Shown here one piece after another: positions 1 through 12,846 of a DNA stretch of 64,000 bases. Numbering within the stretch: position 1 is the first letter of the stretch; each line of letters opens with the position of its first letter. The notes below the pieces were generated by a model. The model did no database searches. It saw only the letters and a list, made by a program, of their open reading frames with translations, and was not told the DNA's origin. The translations under genes and the position numbers were made by a program. The DNA is from Selaginella moellendorffii (taxonomy: Eukaryota; Plantae; Lycopodiophyta): assembly GCF_000143415.4 (NCBI RefSeq), contig NW_003314386.1, forward strand, positions 166,852 through 230,851, given 5' to 3'.

Positions 1-523
1 ACAACTCCCTAAAGCCCTATCATTGACAACGAAAGATGCCTCCATTCCCTTGACAATCAAACAAAACCGGGGCTTATATATTTATGATCACGTAGTTTAA
101 TCGTATCGGAGCTTAGCACGTTCGAATCCAACGAGAATCTCCACGCGACACATACAAACATTCAAGGTCCTGTGATGAATCGATCCCAAAACAAAAGCTT
201 GAGAGCGCAAAATTGTCCATTGGCTTTGTCAAATTGTGCAGCGCCCTTGTGTGCACGGAAACGTTAACGAGAGAAAGAGTGACCATCTTTTCATTCCAAT
301 GGCTGGACATGGTTGACTAGAGACGAAACCACTCGTCACGGGCTCGATTACCTGTCCCGGCAATGTCTCCCAAAAGTCAACACGCTGAGCCCTATTTTCT
401 CGAAAATTCCACGACTCGCAAATGGTTAAAAACCGGGTTATTGTCAACGCAAGTCAATCTAAACCTAAATTCTAGAGCCCTAGAAATGATATACTTTAAA
501 AATTTAGGGTTCTTGGGGAAGAA

Positions 524-3315
524 ATGGAGGAGCTCCTGGCGCCTCTGCTATGCGGGATCGACTACGCCCATGGAGGAGGCAAGACAATGCCGCTCACCAC
601 GCCCGATCTCCAGCTCCTGTCAGAGAGGATGCAGGTACGCGCGGAGGAGATGAAGGATCGCGTCTTCGCCACCGTGAAGAGCCGCTACAGCAAGATTACG
701 GAGCTCGCTCGTCGCGCTAGCACTGCCGCATTGGATGTAGAGGCCGTGGATTCCCAGCTCCGGGCTCTCCTGGACGATTCATCGCTCCGGATCGGGGATA
801 CTTCTTTCGATTCCAAGCTGTGGAAGCTCTCGGCGGAGGTGAAGGGGATCAGGAGTGAGCTGAGGGTGAAAACATCGGCTTTGGCCGTGGTGAAATCCAC
901 CGTCGAGGTCCGTGATCGCTTGCTAGCTGGGAAAGAGCTCTTCGATGCAGGCCAAATTCTAAGCGGTGCGAGGAAAATCGCCGAAGTGAAGGGAATCGTC
1001 GACGATGATGACGAAGATACGCTCTTGATGCATGAACTTCTCAAGCAGCTGTTATCAAGGATTTATTCCGAGGTATGTCTCCTTTCACCCTTTCAGGTTT
1101 ATTTTTTCATTCTTCTTTTCTTTTTTCCCAGGTGGATTCTCTACTTGCAGGCTTATGTTCTAAAGTTGTCTCCGTGAATTTTACTGAAGGAATATTGGCT
1201 GTGAACTTTGTGACAGTTGCGGGATCTCGACATAACTTTGTAGCAATACTGGAGACAATGGAGGTAGCTTTCTTGAAATCCAGGTTTGCGTTTTCACTGA
1301 ATTTCTCTTGACAGGTACTTGGACTCCTCGATGGCTTCCTTGGTCGTTTCACAGATAATTTGTGTAAGCTGTTGGCTCTCTTAGTCCACTCTGCTACTGT
1401 CGTGAGAGTGGAGCAAGACAGTGACCGTGCAGTACTAAGGATCACTAGAGACGAGAATGCAAGAGTAAGTTTCTTCTTTTTGTGTTTGTGATGATGTGTT
1501 AGTCTGTGATTTTTGTGAATTCCATTGAAACCAGGTAAATCAATCATCTGTAGAAGGCGTTTATAAAAAAGTACTGGACTTTGTAAAGTTTATCAACGAG
1601 CATCTTTTACACCGCCAGAAAGTATGGATGCTAAAGCTGGGCAGGTCGATTTGGCCAAGGCTTGCCGATATGATAATCCAGAATCACTTACGCAAGGTTA
1701 CAGTATTTTTGGTGATCCTGGTGGAGACTGACCTTTTGGATTGTGTTGCAGGCAATTCCTGCCGATCATACACAGTTCCAACATTTTGAACAGATTCAAA
1801 TCCTTACGTCAGAATTCGAAGAAGCTCTCGAAGCCGAAAACTTTGTCAGTGTGGACGACGAAGGTGGACTACTTAGCAACTTCACAGCCGATGTCGAGAT
1901 TCATTTTTCTGCGAACAAAAGAAAAGATTTGCTGGCTAAAGCTCGAGACATTATCATACGTTTTGATTATCGGTTGCTTCTGGTAAGTTCATTCACTACT
2001 TTCGTATGGCTAATGTCCGTGCAGGATATGGCAGCAGAGAGGGAGGAGAAAGACCGACTTATTTTTAGGGAAGACAAGTATGTTGTATCCTACCTTCCAA
2101 AACAGCTTTTACCCATTGTACAGGATACATTGAAGGTATACTTTTACTTTCTCTTCTTGAATTAGTGCTTTGTTGTAGGATGCTTGCTCATCGACACCAA
2201 GACTAGCTTTGGAGCTTTATAAAGTCGCCCGAGACATTGTGCTGCTCTACCGAGCAATCGTTCCTTCTCAGGTCTTGGTGTCTGACAAATCCTCAGTGAA
2301 AGCAGCACCAGTATTTTACAATGACTGCCTCTACATTGCACATGAGTTGACGACTTACTCCCAGCAGGTTTGTGGACCTCAAGAGTATCCAGTTTCTTAC
2401 GCTCTGTGATCTGCAGTATAGCTCGTCACTGCCTGCCGATCTGCAACAGTCATGCACTTTGATGGACCTCGTTTCGGTGTTTCAATCCATGGGATACAAT
2501 ATGCTTTCAACACATGTTAAGCTGATAAACAATCAGCTCCTGCAGGTTTGTAAAAGAAAAAAAAAGAAAATGCTATTCAGCTTTGCAGAAATGTCTTGTT
2601 TGTAGGCTCTGGACAGTGCTAATGGATTCAAATCGACGGATGAGAGAAGAGGCCGTGAAAGGGCGCAGTCTGCACTGCAACAGGTACAGTTTCTGTCAAA
2701 GATAGACTTTGCTGGAACTTCCTTTCGCAGGTTGTATCAATCTTTAGATCTACGCACAACGTCTGGCAAGAATTTCTACCCAGCAGTTTTCAAGTGAAGC
2801 AGTTGACAATGCTGGCTGACTCACTTGTTAGCAGAATTGTTTATGAAGTTCTGTCTATCAAAGACATGGCTGCCGAAGAAACTGTTCAGGTAAACAAAGT
2901 CTGGGTGGTGTTATCAGTTTTACAATCACTTCATCCAGTTGCACAACTTACTGGACGAGCTGATACTGGACTTGGGCTCGGTGCTGGCTTCTGTCGAGAA
3001 ACATAGCAGGAAATCACTCGACATCCTTGTACCGTCGTGGAGAAAACTAAAACGCTTATCTGGTAACGCCAGTTTTTCTCGTCTTGGCTGACATGGAAAA
3101 CTTGTTCCAGAGTTATTGGAGATGTCCTTGAGGCCCATCACGAAAGCATGGGAGAGTGGAATTCTCCCGTCGGCAGGATTCTCGCCAGCCGAGGTGGGTG
3201 TACTATGGAGTTCTCTGAAAGAGATATTTGGTCTTTCGGTCAGGTCCAGAGCTTGATCAAGGCGATATTCACGGACACCTCGTTGAGAGCGGAGTGCCTT
3301 GAAAGAATAGTTTGA
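524..3315 (+). CDS. ZW10: Centromere/kinetochore protein ZW10 homolog (multi-exon, apparently intact)
   Basis: N-terminus 'PLTTPDLQLLSERMQ' and C-terminal exons 'LEMSLRPITKAWESG...EVQSLIKAIFTDTSLRAECLERIV*' resemble plant ZW10. ORF pieces are separated by short GT-AG introns; stop TGA at 3313-3315. Confidence 0.9.
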
Positions 3316-3699
3316 TGTTCCTTTGCGGGCCAAATTTCCAAACAGTTTTGTGATATTTTCTTTCAGCGAGAAGCAGCTACTCGGGTGAGTGTTTTGCTGG
3401 TCGAAACTTTTTCTCCAGTTGCCTTTTCTTTTTTCATGCTTTTTCTAGTTGCGAAACACATTCTGGCAAATCTTCTTTTTTTTTTGGCGTGAGTTCGTGA
3501 TCAATGCAAATCAAAGTAGCCTTCGTGCTTCGTAGCAAACGCGACTCTTTGTGCTTTAAGGGCACGATATAAAAGTTGATATCAAGCTCACGAACAATCA
3601 TCAAGACAGATGACTTTATAAGCCATTGACTTAGTGAAAAATTGAAGAAACTTTATAATACTTTTCCTCCTCTAGGAAAAATGTTATAAGCTTTCTTAT

Positions 3700-4372
3700 A
3701 TAGGTGTTAGATTTTCTCCATTTGTTTTGTGATGTTTTTCCTCTTCAGCAGAATTAATGTTCAAAGTGCACACTTTCTAAATTCTGGATATCAAAGTTCA
3801 ATTCATTACCAGAGTATTCATGAAAACGACCTTATTAACTTTAGAAATCTTGAGGGAGAAAAAGAATTTTCATTATCTATTGCACAAATATTTGGTAAAA
3901 AATGATGAAGGCAGAACTCTAGAAATCAAGAAATTAAATTTTTGGACCAATGTGGAATGGCAAATGTACCATTTTACAAAAGCAGTATTTGAAACATTTT
4001 TTATAATTAAATCCATAGGCATTATTTAGCCTTATTAAATGAAGTTGTTAAAAATGGATGGAAAAACTTAGAAGCATATTTAGAACCCATACAAGGTAAT
4101 TCATACAAAGAAGCATGAAAATCTTAAGATAGTAAGTCAAAATACATTACTTATTAAATAGTTCAAAAGTTAAAGGTTTAATTTTACCACCTAAGCATAA
4201 TGTGCAATATAAAAAATAACTTAAGCAATATTATAAATAAAGGTAAAATTTGCTATTTACATTTTCAATTAGATACTGATAATAAATATTAAATGCCCAA
4301 ATAGGAGTGTCTAACAATCTTTGATTACAAGATTGCCCCCATAGTTAATAAGCTTATTGAAAGTTATTGTAA
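3700..4372 (+). pseudogene. Decayed paralog of the lectin-fusion gene at 12847-13773 (type A copy)
   Basis: Upstream and coding sequence align by eye with 12810-13700 (e.g. 'agtattcatgaaaacgac', 'ggagaaaaagaattt', 'aatgtggaatggcaaatgtaccatt', 'aaggtaaaatttgctatttacattttca'). ATG is replaced by ATA; many deletions and frameshifts. Confidence 0.85.
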
Positions 4373-4479
4373 ATTTTTAACATATTATTTCTATGAAAAA
4401 CATTATATTTAGCATATTGTTTTTTATGATATATAAACTTATTTGAAGATAGCATTTATAAAAGTTTTTTTTCTTTTCC

Positions 4480-7400
4480 TTCTTCAGCTTTTAATTTTCA
4501 ATTGCACTTGGAGGAGAAACTTTGAAAATATTTAAAGTCTAAATCCAAAGACAAAATGATTCTTCAAATGAAAAAGAAGATAACCATATGTCCAAAAACA
4601 AAATTATAAATAAAGATCTAAACCTCTTAAAATACTCAAGAAAATATTAATTCAGATTGAATCAAAGGATGGATTATGGTGTAAGAAATGCTAGAATAAA
4701 TGTCACATTGCTAAAAAATGTAATTTACAAGTTTTTAAATGCTAAATATAGGACTTATCGCTATTGTAATATGACTAAAGTTGCTCAATTTGATAACACA
4801 TCTAATTGGACTCAAGCTAATAGAGGCCAATATGATCAACCAGAACAAAACCAACAAAGTGATAGCAAAATTAACAATACATGAAAACTATAATTATGGC
4901 TATTCAAACAACCAAAACAACCTTATCAACCACCATATCAACAACCTTACTAACAACTATTATATCAATTATTATATTAATAATATTATAAAAATAATCA
5001 GTATAAAGACCAAAGTAGCTTGGGGCTTCTATTGCTCGTCAAATGAAATACTTAATTCTTTCAGCCTGGAGGTCATTGGCTTGTGATTTGGAGAACATAC
5101 TGAATTGTAGTGCTTTGCACTTTTGTGTTACTTTATATGTTCATGTGTTCTCATTATTTTCGTTAAATTAATAACCACTAAACCAAGATAGTAGACCTCC
5201 AAATAACAACCAATCCAACCATAGACAACCTCTTATATTAAGATATTAAGGAATAAGAACCCATAGAAAACAAACTTGTAGTGTGCATAATCACAAAAGC
5301 ACAAAGTAAATATCAATTTCTAGATGGTGAAGATTATAGAAAAAACAATATTATCAATGAATGATCTTGTCTCATAAAATCTGATAAAATCTATAACAAA
5401 AGCCAGAAGTTGACATTAATCAGATTTTACCACCACAAACACAACTTTAAGATTTCAAAAAAGGCCTGCATGAAATTACCTTAAACCAGATCCCCTGATA
5501 AGGTGTTACCATTTTTCTTCAGCAAGTATTCCAAATAGCTCCATACTTATGTAAATAATTACTCAAGATTTATTAATCATTTTCAACACTAACATAAGAA
5601 CTAAATGACACCCATTCTATCAACTTAACATCCAACCTCTATAATAAAGGTTAAAGACTATGATAGTGACTATGTGTCCTAATTGAGATAGTAAGAACAA
5701 AATTCAAAAAGCTTAAATGACCAAAATAGTGAGTGTCAATATCATCAAATACTCACTCTGAAAAGCAATAGGATTATGATTGATACAACTAGTACCTTTT
5801 AAAGTCATGATAGTTGATCAAATAAGCATAATTCACTAGCATTGTCTATAATGTTCTAATCAAAGTTGAAAGTAATGAATACATCGTTGTCCTTAAAATG
5901 ACAAAAGATGAAGCTACATATTAGATTTTGTTAAGCTAAACATAGCTTGAAGTTACTAACATTATTCAATACTATTTCAAAAACAAGATTTCTTTAAAAG
6001 AAGATAAAGGATGAATACAAATCTCAACATTACCATTCTACAAAAAGAGAGCATTACGTATAAAGGACTAAACAATTATGAAAAACACGACTTCTTAAAA
6101 CTAAACCACTCAATAAAGATTAATATTCCCACTTGATCCCAAATCTAACTATAGAAGTTAAGATTGTGAAGTTAAAAATACCAATCAAGACTCAATCTTT
6201 AAAAATTAAATCAAGACTGTAAACTTGAAAATACCATTTAAGGAAACAGACTTAAGCAAAACACAAATGAACCACCTCTAATAAAAAACACACTTGCACA
6301 AATACAAAAGCAACATGATTGTCTAGCTATCAAACTAGAACAACTACAACCAACCAAACAACATATCTACCTTGATGAAAAATTAACATTCACCAAACAA
6401 AATGATTAATTCAGTCCATTACTCTTGATAAATTGACTAAAGAAATTAACTTAGGCACTTATGACAATCCACAAAAGCTCATCATAGCTAAAGACCTTGA
6501 TAAAACATTCAGAAAAAAAGCAATTGAGCTATTTAGCTAATATAAAAATATCTTTGCATGGTCATACTAAGATTTACATAGAGTACCACTAGAATTTTAT
6601 ATGCATCGCATCAAGCTTTTTTCTAAGTAGTACCCAAAAATATATCATGTGAACCTAAACTTTGTAGCTCTAGTCAAATAAGAAATTTTCAAACTTAAAA
6701 TTGTGGGCTTCATTTATTTGATATACCGTACAATGGCTCACTCTATTAATCATTGTCCCAAAGAAAAATGAAAAACTTTAAAATTGAAATAGTTATAAGA
6801 AATTTAATAATTGCACAAAGAAAGATGTATCCACAATCTCTTTCTTTGACAAAAAACTTGATGTTGTAGTTAGGCAAGAGATATATTTTTTCTTCAATTG
6901 ATTTTTAAGCTATATTAAATCCAAATCCATATTACTCCTAAAGACCAATATAAAACTTTATTCATCAGTCTTATGCATACCTTTGCATGCCCTTCGAGTC
7001 AATGAAAGTTCCATTCACTTTTCAAAGCATCATAACTAAAACTTTTTAATAATATTTTATAGATTTTATATGTATCTTCATGGATGTTTTTAGCTTTTTT
7101 GGCCTTAAACACTAGCACTTAAAGAAATTTCTTTAAGTGCATACAAAATAATGTTATATTCAATTTTTAAAAATGCACTTTCTTTGTCAAATTAGAAGTC
7201 CTACTTTAACATTTCATTTGGCATCCTCATCAGCAAAACCAAAACTTCAGCCATCATTGCACTCAACCTTGAAAAATGCATTTTTTCTTCATCAAATTAG
7301 AAGTCATATTTGGACATTTTATTTGGAAGGATGGTATCCTTATCAACAAAGCCAAAACTTTAGCCATCATTGCATTTAACTTTGAATAGTCATTTTATTC

Positions 7401-7710
7401 ATCGAATCATGGACATCTTATTTGCAAGGACAACATCATTATCAACAAACCAAAATATTAATCATCATCAACATACAACCACACATTCAACTCATAAGAC
7501 TATAAAGTTTCTTAGATAAAATAGGCTATTATCCAGAAAATTTTCTCACCAAATTCCTTAAGTAATATCAATTATACAAGTGCATTTATGACATGCTCAA
7601 AGAATCACTTACTAAAGTATTAATTTTCGCCCAACAAAATTGGAGTAAAGATTTTATGATCCAAGTCAATGCATCTGATTACGCCATTAGAGTAATACTT
7701 TCTTTTTAAC
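4480..7710 (+). mobile_element. Degenerate Ty3/gypsy gag-pol remnant
   Basis: Broken frames with RT motifs YKNIFAWSY (6541), WLT..IVPKKN (~6734) and CIFMDVF (~7071, catalytic-motif derivative), then RNase H QVNASDYAI (~7661). Gln/Asn-rich gag-like stretch at 4800-5000. Many stops; boundaries approximate. Confidence 0.8.
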
Positions 7711-8729
7711 AACAAGACAATAAAAAATATTGTTTATTGTTCAATTTACTAATAGACCAAAACCCTAGTCTAGTTATGCTAGGTGGTGTACACAAAAAAT
7801 AAAGAAGAAGTATAATTGACCCATTATCAAGTGCTTGCATAGCAATGATTCACTGCACAATACTCAAGCCTAAGCCTAGGGACTAAGACTTGAATCATGA
7901 GAATAAAAGATCCCTGCTAGAGGAATAAAAAAAAGAGAAGTTAAACTATAAAGACTTGTACCCAAAAACCATAGTTTATATTCTTGAACTTCTCTTCCTA
8001 ACCTTTGTGATTCCAAAGCTCTTTCCTCCTCCGAAATAGTTATAATGCATGACAATATAAATTGGATGTGTTTAGAGTAGTGGATCCTTAACAATGATAA
8101 AGAGGATGTTGCCATGATCCTAGAGGCATTTGCTACATTGTTAAAATCCCAAAAGTCATTTTAGTTTTCAATCCCAATTAAGTGTTTATATCATATTGCA
8201 ACTCTTTAGTTGATAATTCCTCATACAGTTGTAGAAGAAATTGTTGCAATCTAGAACAAAAAGTAAAAATTAAAAGACACAATAAAAAGATATAAACTAA
8301 CATGGATTGAGAGTTTATGCATAGCATACATGGCTTTTAAATATTATTTTATGAGTGTTTAAACAATTCAAAACACAGGTGTGTCTTGAATTTTTTGACA
8401 CCTCCGCAAAACCATATTTTTTACCATATATAAGTCTCTATTGTAATACTTAAAATATTAAAGTGCCTTATATCTATATATTAAAAAACTTCCTATTTTT
8501 ATACTCAAAGATATTAGAATTATGATGTATTATATTTGTGTTTTGTTTTTAAATATGGAGGGAAACATAAAGTTTACAACTGATTAGATGCTCAGTAAGT
8601 CAATTAACTCTATTGTGTTGAGACTAAGGGTCTTATTGTTATACTATGGATGGAATAACACAAAAAATCCTAATGACTCTATATTATCTCAATATTATAA
8701 GAAGCTTATTACTATGATTAAAAAAATGG

Positions 8730-8829
8730 NNNNNNNNNNNNNNNNNNNNNNNNNNNNNNNNNNNNNNNNNNNNNNNNNNNNNNNNNNNNNNNNNNNNNNN
8801 NNNNNNNNNNNNNNNNNNNNNNNNNNNNN
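8730..8829. other. Assembly gap (100 N)
   Basis: Run of 100 N. Confidence 1.
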
Positions 8830-9074
8830 ATGTCATGGTGAGAAATAACCTAAATAAATTTAATAATTTCATATTTATTTAATGTATGTTTTATCATATA
8901 TCTAAATTGTCAATTTCTGAACTTTAGAGTTTATAGAAAAATGTATTTTAATTTTCTTTACTATTATTTTGGCTGTTTTCTTATTGATAAAGATAAGTAA
9001 TAGTCGAATATATAAATTTCTATACATTTTCTTGTTTATGTATATATATATGTGTTTTATTTTGGATATTTTTA

Positions 9075-9998
9075 ATGGATTTTAAACTTTATACTTTATT
9101 TATTTTGTTTGTAATTTACACCACTACATTTGCATTTAGTCAAGTTAATTACCCTTTGGGTATTGGACCTATTAAGTTTCAAAATTATGATGGAATAAAT
9201 CAATTTCCAAATTCTATTGCATACACCTTGCTAAAATCAGCTATTGCTGACTTGATTCATGAGTTTGGTAAGAAAATGGCAATTCTTGGACCAGATGTAA
9301 GTCTTAACTATAATATTAACCTTGGTGGTAAAGTAATCAATATATCTTCTTATAAAATTATTGTCCGAATGTGGATTGGTAAATGTACTATTGATGATAA
9401 CCGTGACTTAAAGCAAGTATTTATAATAAGAGCTTTAGGTGACATCAGTTCAAAACTTTTAAATGAAGTCTTAAAAAATGGATGGAAAAGTTTGGAAGCA
9501 TATGTTGGGCCTATATATATAGAATATAAAACAATTGATTTAAATAGACATGATGAACTTTCACAATCCAAGTTACCCTTTAATTTTGAAGGTAATCATG
9601 GCATATGTAACACTTTTAGAAGCTCATTAGTTAATGGTCCAAAAGTTAAAGGTTCTACATTAGCACCTGGAGAATTTTTATCCGCCAAAGAATTTACTGC
9701 TATTATGCAATTTGATTGCAACTTTGTTTTATATAATAAAAGAAAAATAAATTGGGCTAGCAACACTATAAACAAAGGTAAAAGTTGCTATCTACATTTT
9801 CAACTAGATGGCAATTTAGTAATCAAAGACATCAGTAATACTCCAATCTAGGCACTCAATCTCTACTGCCAGCCACAACCTCATTGCATAGTTAACGCAA
9901 AGCTCATTCTTGAAGGATATGGTAATCTGGTACTCTATGGTTATCAATTGAGCAATGGCGCATCTTATGTGGCATGGGATGCTATTACTAATGGCTGA
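9075..9998 (+). pseudogene. Secreted two-domain protein (unknown N-terminal domain + GNA/bulb-type lectin), type B copy, with one in-frame TAG at 9849-9851
   Basis: Hydrophobic signal peptide; QFDCNFVLY and QLDGNLVIK lectin motifs. The frame continues past TAG as ALNLYCQPQPHC...GNLVLYG...WDAITNG* (TGA 9996-9998), collinear with the 12847 copy where this codon is TGG (W). Confidence 0.85.
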
Positions 9999-10253
9999 AA
10001 TCCTTTCAGAAATGTTAACTAACTAATTATATTTTATCTAAGCCGGGTAACTGTTGCACTGGAGCCATGGCTTCTTTCTTTTCTTTATCTTCTAGAGATT
10101 AGATCATTCACTGATCCTTGTGTTTTTTTGTGCCTCTCTACGCTCGCCGCTCCATCCATCGATTCTTCGCAATCTATGTTTTCATTCCACCGAAACGTCA
10201 CGGGCTCGATGCCCTGTCCCCAACGATACAAAAGGTCCAAATACAGGGAAGAA

Positions 10254-12485
10254 ATGGAGGAGCTCGTGATGCGGCATCGACTACGCTCATGCCAAGACAA
10301 TGGATCTCCAGAGCGGAGAGAATGCAGGTGAGAGGGGTGAAGGGGAACAGGATAGAGCTGAGGGTGGCTTCGGAAGTGGTGATGTCCACCGTCGAGGTCC
10401 GTGATCGCTTGCTAGCTGGGAAAGAGCGATGGAGGCCAAATTCTAAGCGGTGCGAGGAAAATCGCCGAAGTGAAGGGAATCGTCGACGATGATGACGAAG
10501 ATACGCTCTTGCTTCTCAAGGAACTGTTATCAAGGATTAATTCCGAGGTATGTCTCCTTTCATCCTTTCAGGTTTATTTTTTCATCTTTTTTCCCTGGTG
10601 GATTCTCTACTTGCAGGCTTATGTTCTAAAGTTGTCTCCGTGATCTTTACTGAAAGAATATTGGCTGTGAACTTTGTGACAATTGCAGGAACTCAACATT
10701 AACTTTGTGGCAATACTGGAGATAATGGAGGTAGCTTTCTAGGTTCGAGTTGTCACTTAATTCTCTTGAAAGGTACTTGGCCTGCTCGATGGCTTCCTTG
10801 GACGTTTCACAGATAATTTGTGTAAACTGTTGGTTCTCTTAGTCTACTCTGCTACTGTCGTGAGAGTGGAGCAAGACAGTGACCGTGCAGTACTAATGAT
10901 CACTAGAGACGAGTAAGTTTCTCCTTTTTGTGTGTGTGATGGTGTGTTAGTCTGTGATTTTTGTGAATTCCATTGAAACCAGGAAAATCAGTCATCAAAA
11001 AGCACTGGACTTGGTAAAGTTTACCAACGAGCATCTTGTACACCACTAGAAAGTATGGATGCTAAAGCTGGGTAGGTCGATTTGGCCAAGGCTTGCCGAT
11101 ATGATAATCCAGAATCACTTACACAAGGTGACAGTTCTTTGGTGATCCTGGTGGAGACTGACCTTTTGCATTGTGTTGCAGGCATCATTCTGAACAGATT
11201 AAAATCCTTATGTCAGAATTTGAAGAAGCTCTTGAAGCCGAAAACATTGTCACTGTAGGTGGACTACTTAGCAACTTCACAGCCGATGTCGAGATTCATA
11301 TTTCTGGCTAAAGCTCGAGACATTATCATAAGTTTTGATTATCGTTTGTTTCTGGTGAGTTCATTCACTGTTATATCCTACCTTCCAAAACAGTTTCTAC
11401 CCATTGTACAGGAGACATTGAAGGTATACTTTTATTTTCTCTCCTTGAATTAGTGCTGTGTTATAGGATGCTTGCTCATCGATACCAAGACTAGCTTTGG
11501 AGCTTTATAAAGTCGCCCGAGACGTTGTGCTGCTCTACCGAGCAGCAGCACCAGTATTTACAATGACTGCCTCTAGATTGCACATGAGTTGACGACTTAC
11601 TCCCAGCAGGTTTGTGGGCACTGCATGTCGATCTGCAACAGTCATGCACTTCGATGGACCTCGTTAAGCCATGGGATACAATATGCTTTCGACACATGCT
11701 AAGATGATAAACAATCAGCTCCTGCAGGTTCGTTTGTAAAAGAAAAAAAAAAGAAAGAATGCTATTCAGCTTTCACGGGCTCTTCTCTCATCCGTAGATT
11801 TGAATGTCTAGAACCTACAAACAAGTCATATCTGAAAGGCGCAGTCTGCACTGCAACAGGTACAGTTTCTGTCAAAGATAGACTTTGCTGGAACTTCCTT
11901 TCGCATCAATCTTTAGATCTACGCACAACGTCTGGCAAGAATTTCTACCCAGCAGTTTTCAAGTGAAGCAGTTGACAATGCTGGCTGATTCAATTATTAG
12001 CAGAATTGTTTATGAAGTTCTGTCTATCAAAGACATGGCTGCCGAAGAAACTGTTCAGGTAAACAAAGTCTGGGTGGTGTAATCAGTTTTACAATCACTT
12101 CATGCAGTTGCACAACTTACTGGACGAGCTGATACTGGACTTGGGCTCGGTGCTGGCTTCTGTCGAGAAACATAGCAGGAAATCACTCGACATCCTTGTA
12201 CCGTCGTGGAGAAAACTAAAACGCTTATCTGGTAACGCCAGTGTTTCTCGTCTTGGCTGACATGGAAAAACTTGTTCCAGAGTTATTGGAGATGTTCTTG
12301 AGGCCCATCACGAAAGCATGGGAGAGTGGAATTCTCCCGTCGGCAGGATTCTCGCCAGCCGAGGTGGGTGTAGAATGGAATTTTCCTAAAGCGATATTTG
12401 CTTTTTTGGTCAGGTCCAGAGCTTGATCAAGGCGATATTCACGGACACGTCGTTGAGAGCGGAGTGCCTTGAAGGAATAGTTTGA
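10254..12485 (+). pseudogene. ZW10: ZW10 pseudogene (tandem duplicate retaining introns)
   Basis: Collinear with 524-3315 including intron sequences. Large 5' deletions, frameshifts and a micro-inversion at ~11770-11838. Confidence 0.92.
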
Positions 12486-12846
12486 TCAGCATGCTTCGGG
12501 GTCGTTGGTCTGGCGTTCCAGTGCGGGTCAAATTTCCTAACAGGTTTGTGAGTTTTTCTTTCAGCGAGAAGCACATGTGGGTGTATGCTTACTACTGCTT
12601 TACACGCCTTGGATACATCCATAGGTACTCTTGGCGTTTAGGGAACTGGCAAATCTTTTTCTTTTGGCAACAAAGTGGCCTTAGTTTTTGGAGGGTCTTG
12701 CAGCACCCAAGTGAGGCACTCGATTCTTCGTCTTTTAAAAATGAAAGCTATCGAGCTCACCACTGGTTTATCTTGTCTTAGTGTAAAATCTAAAAAACTA
12801 GATAGTACTTTTCATCCTCTGGGAAAAATGTTACCAGTTTTCTTAT

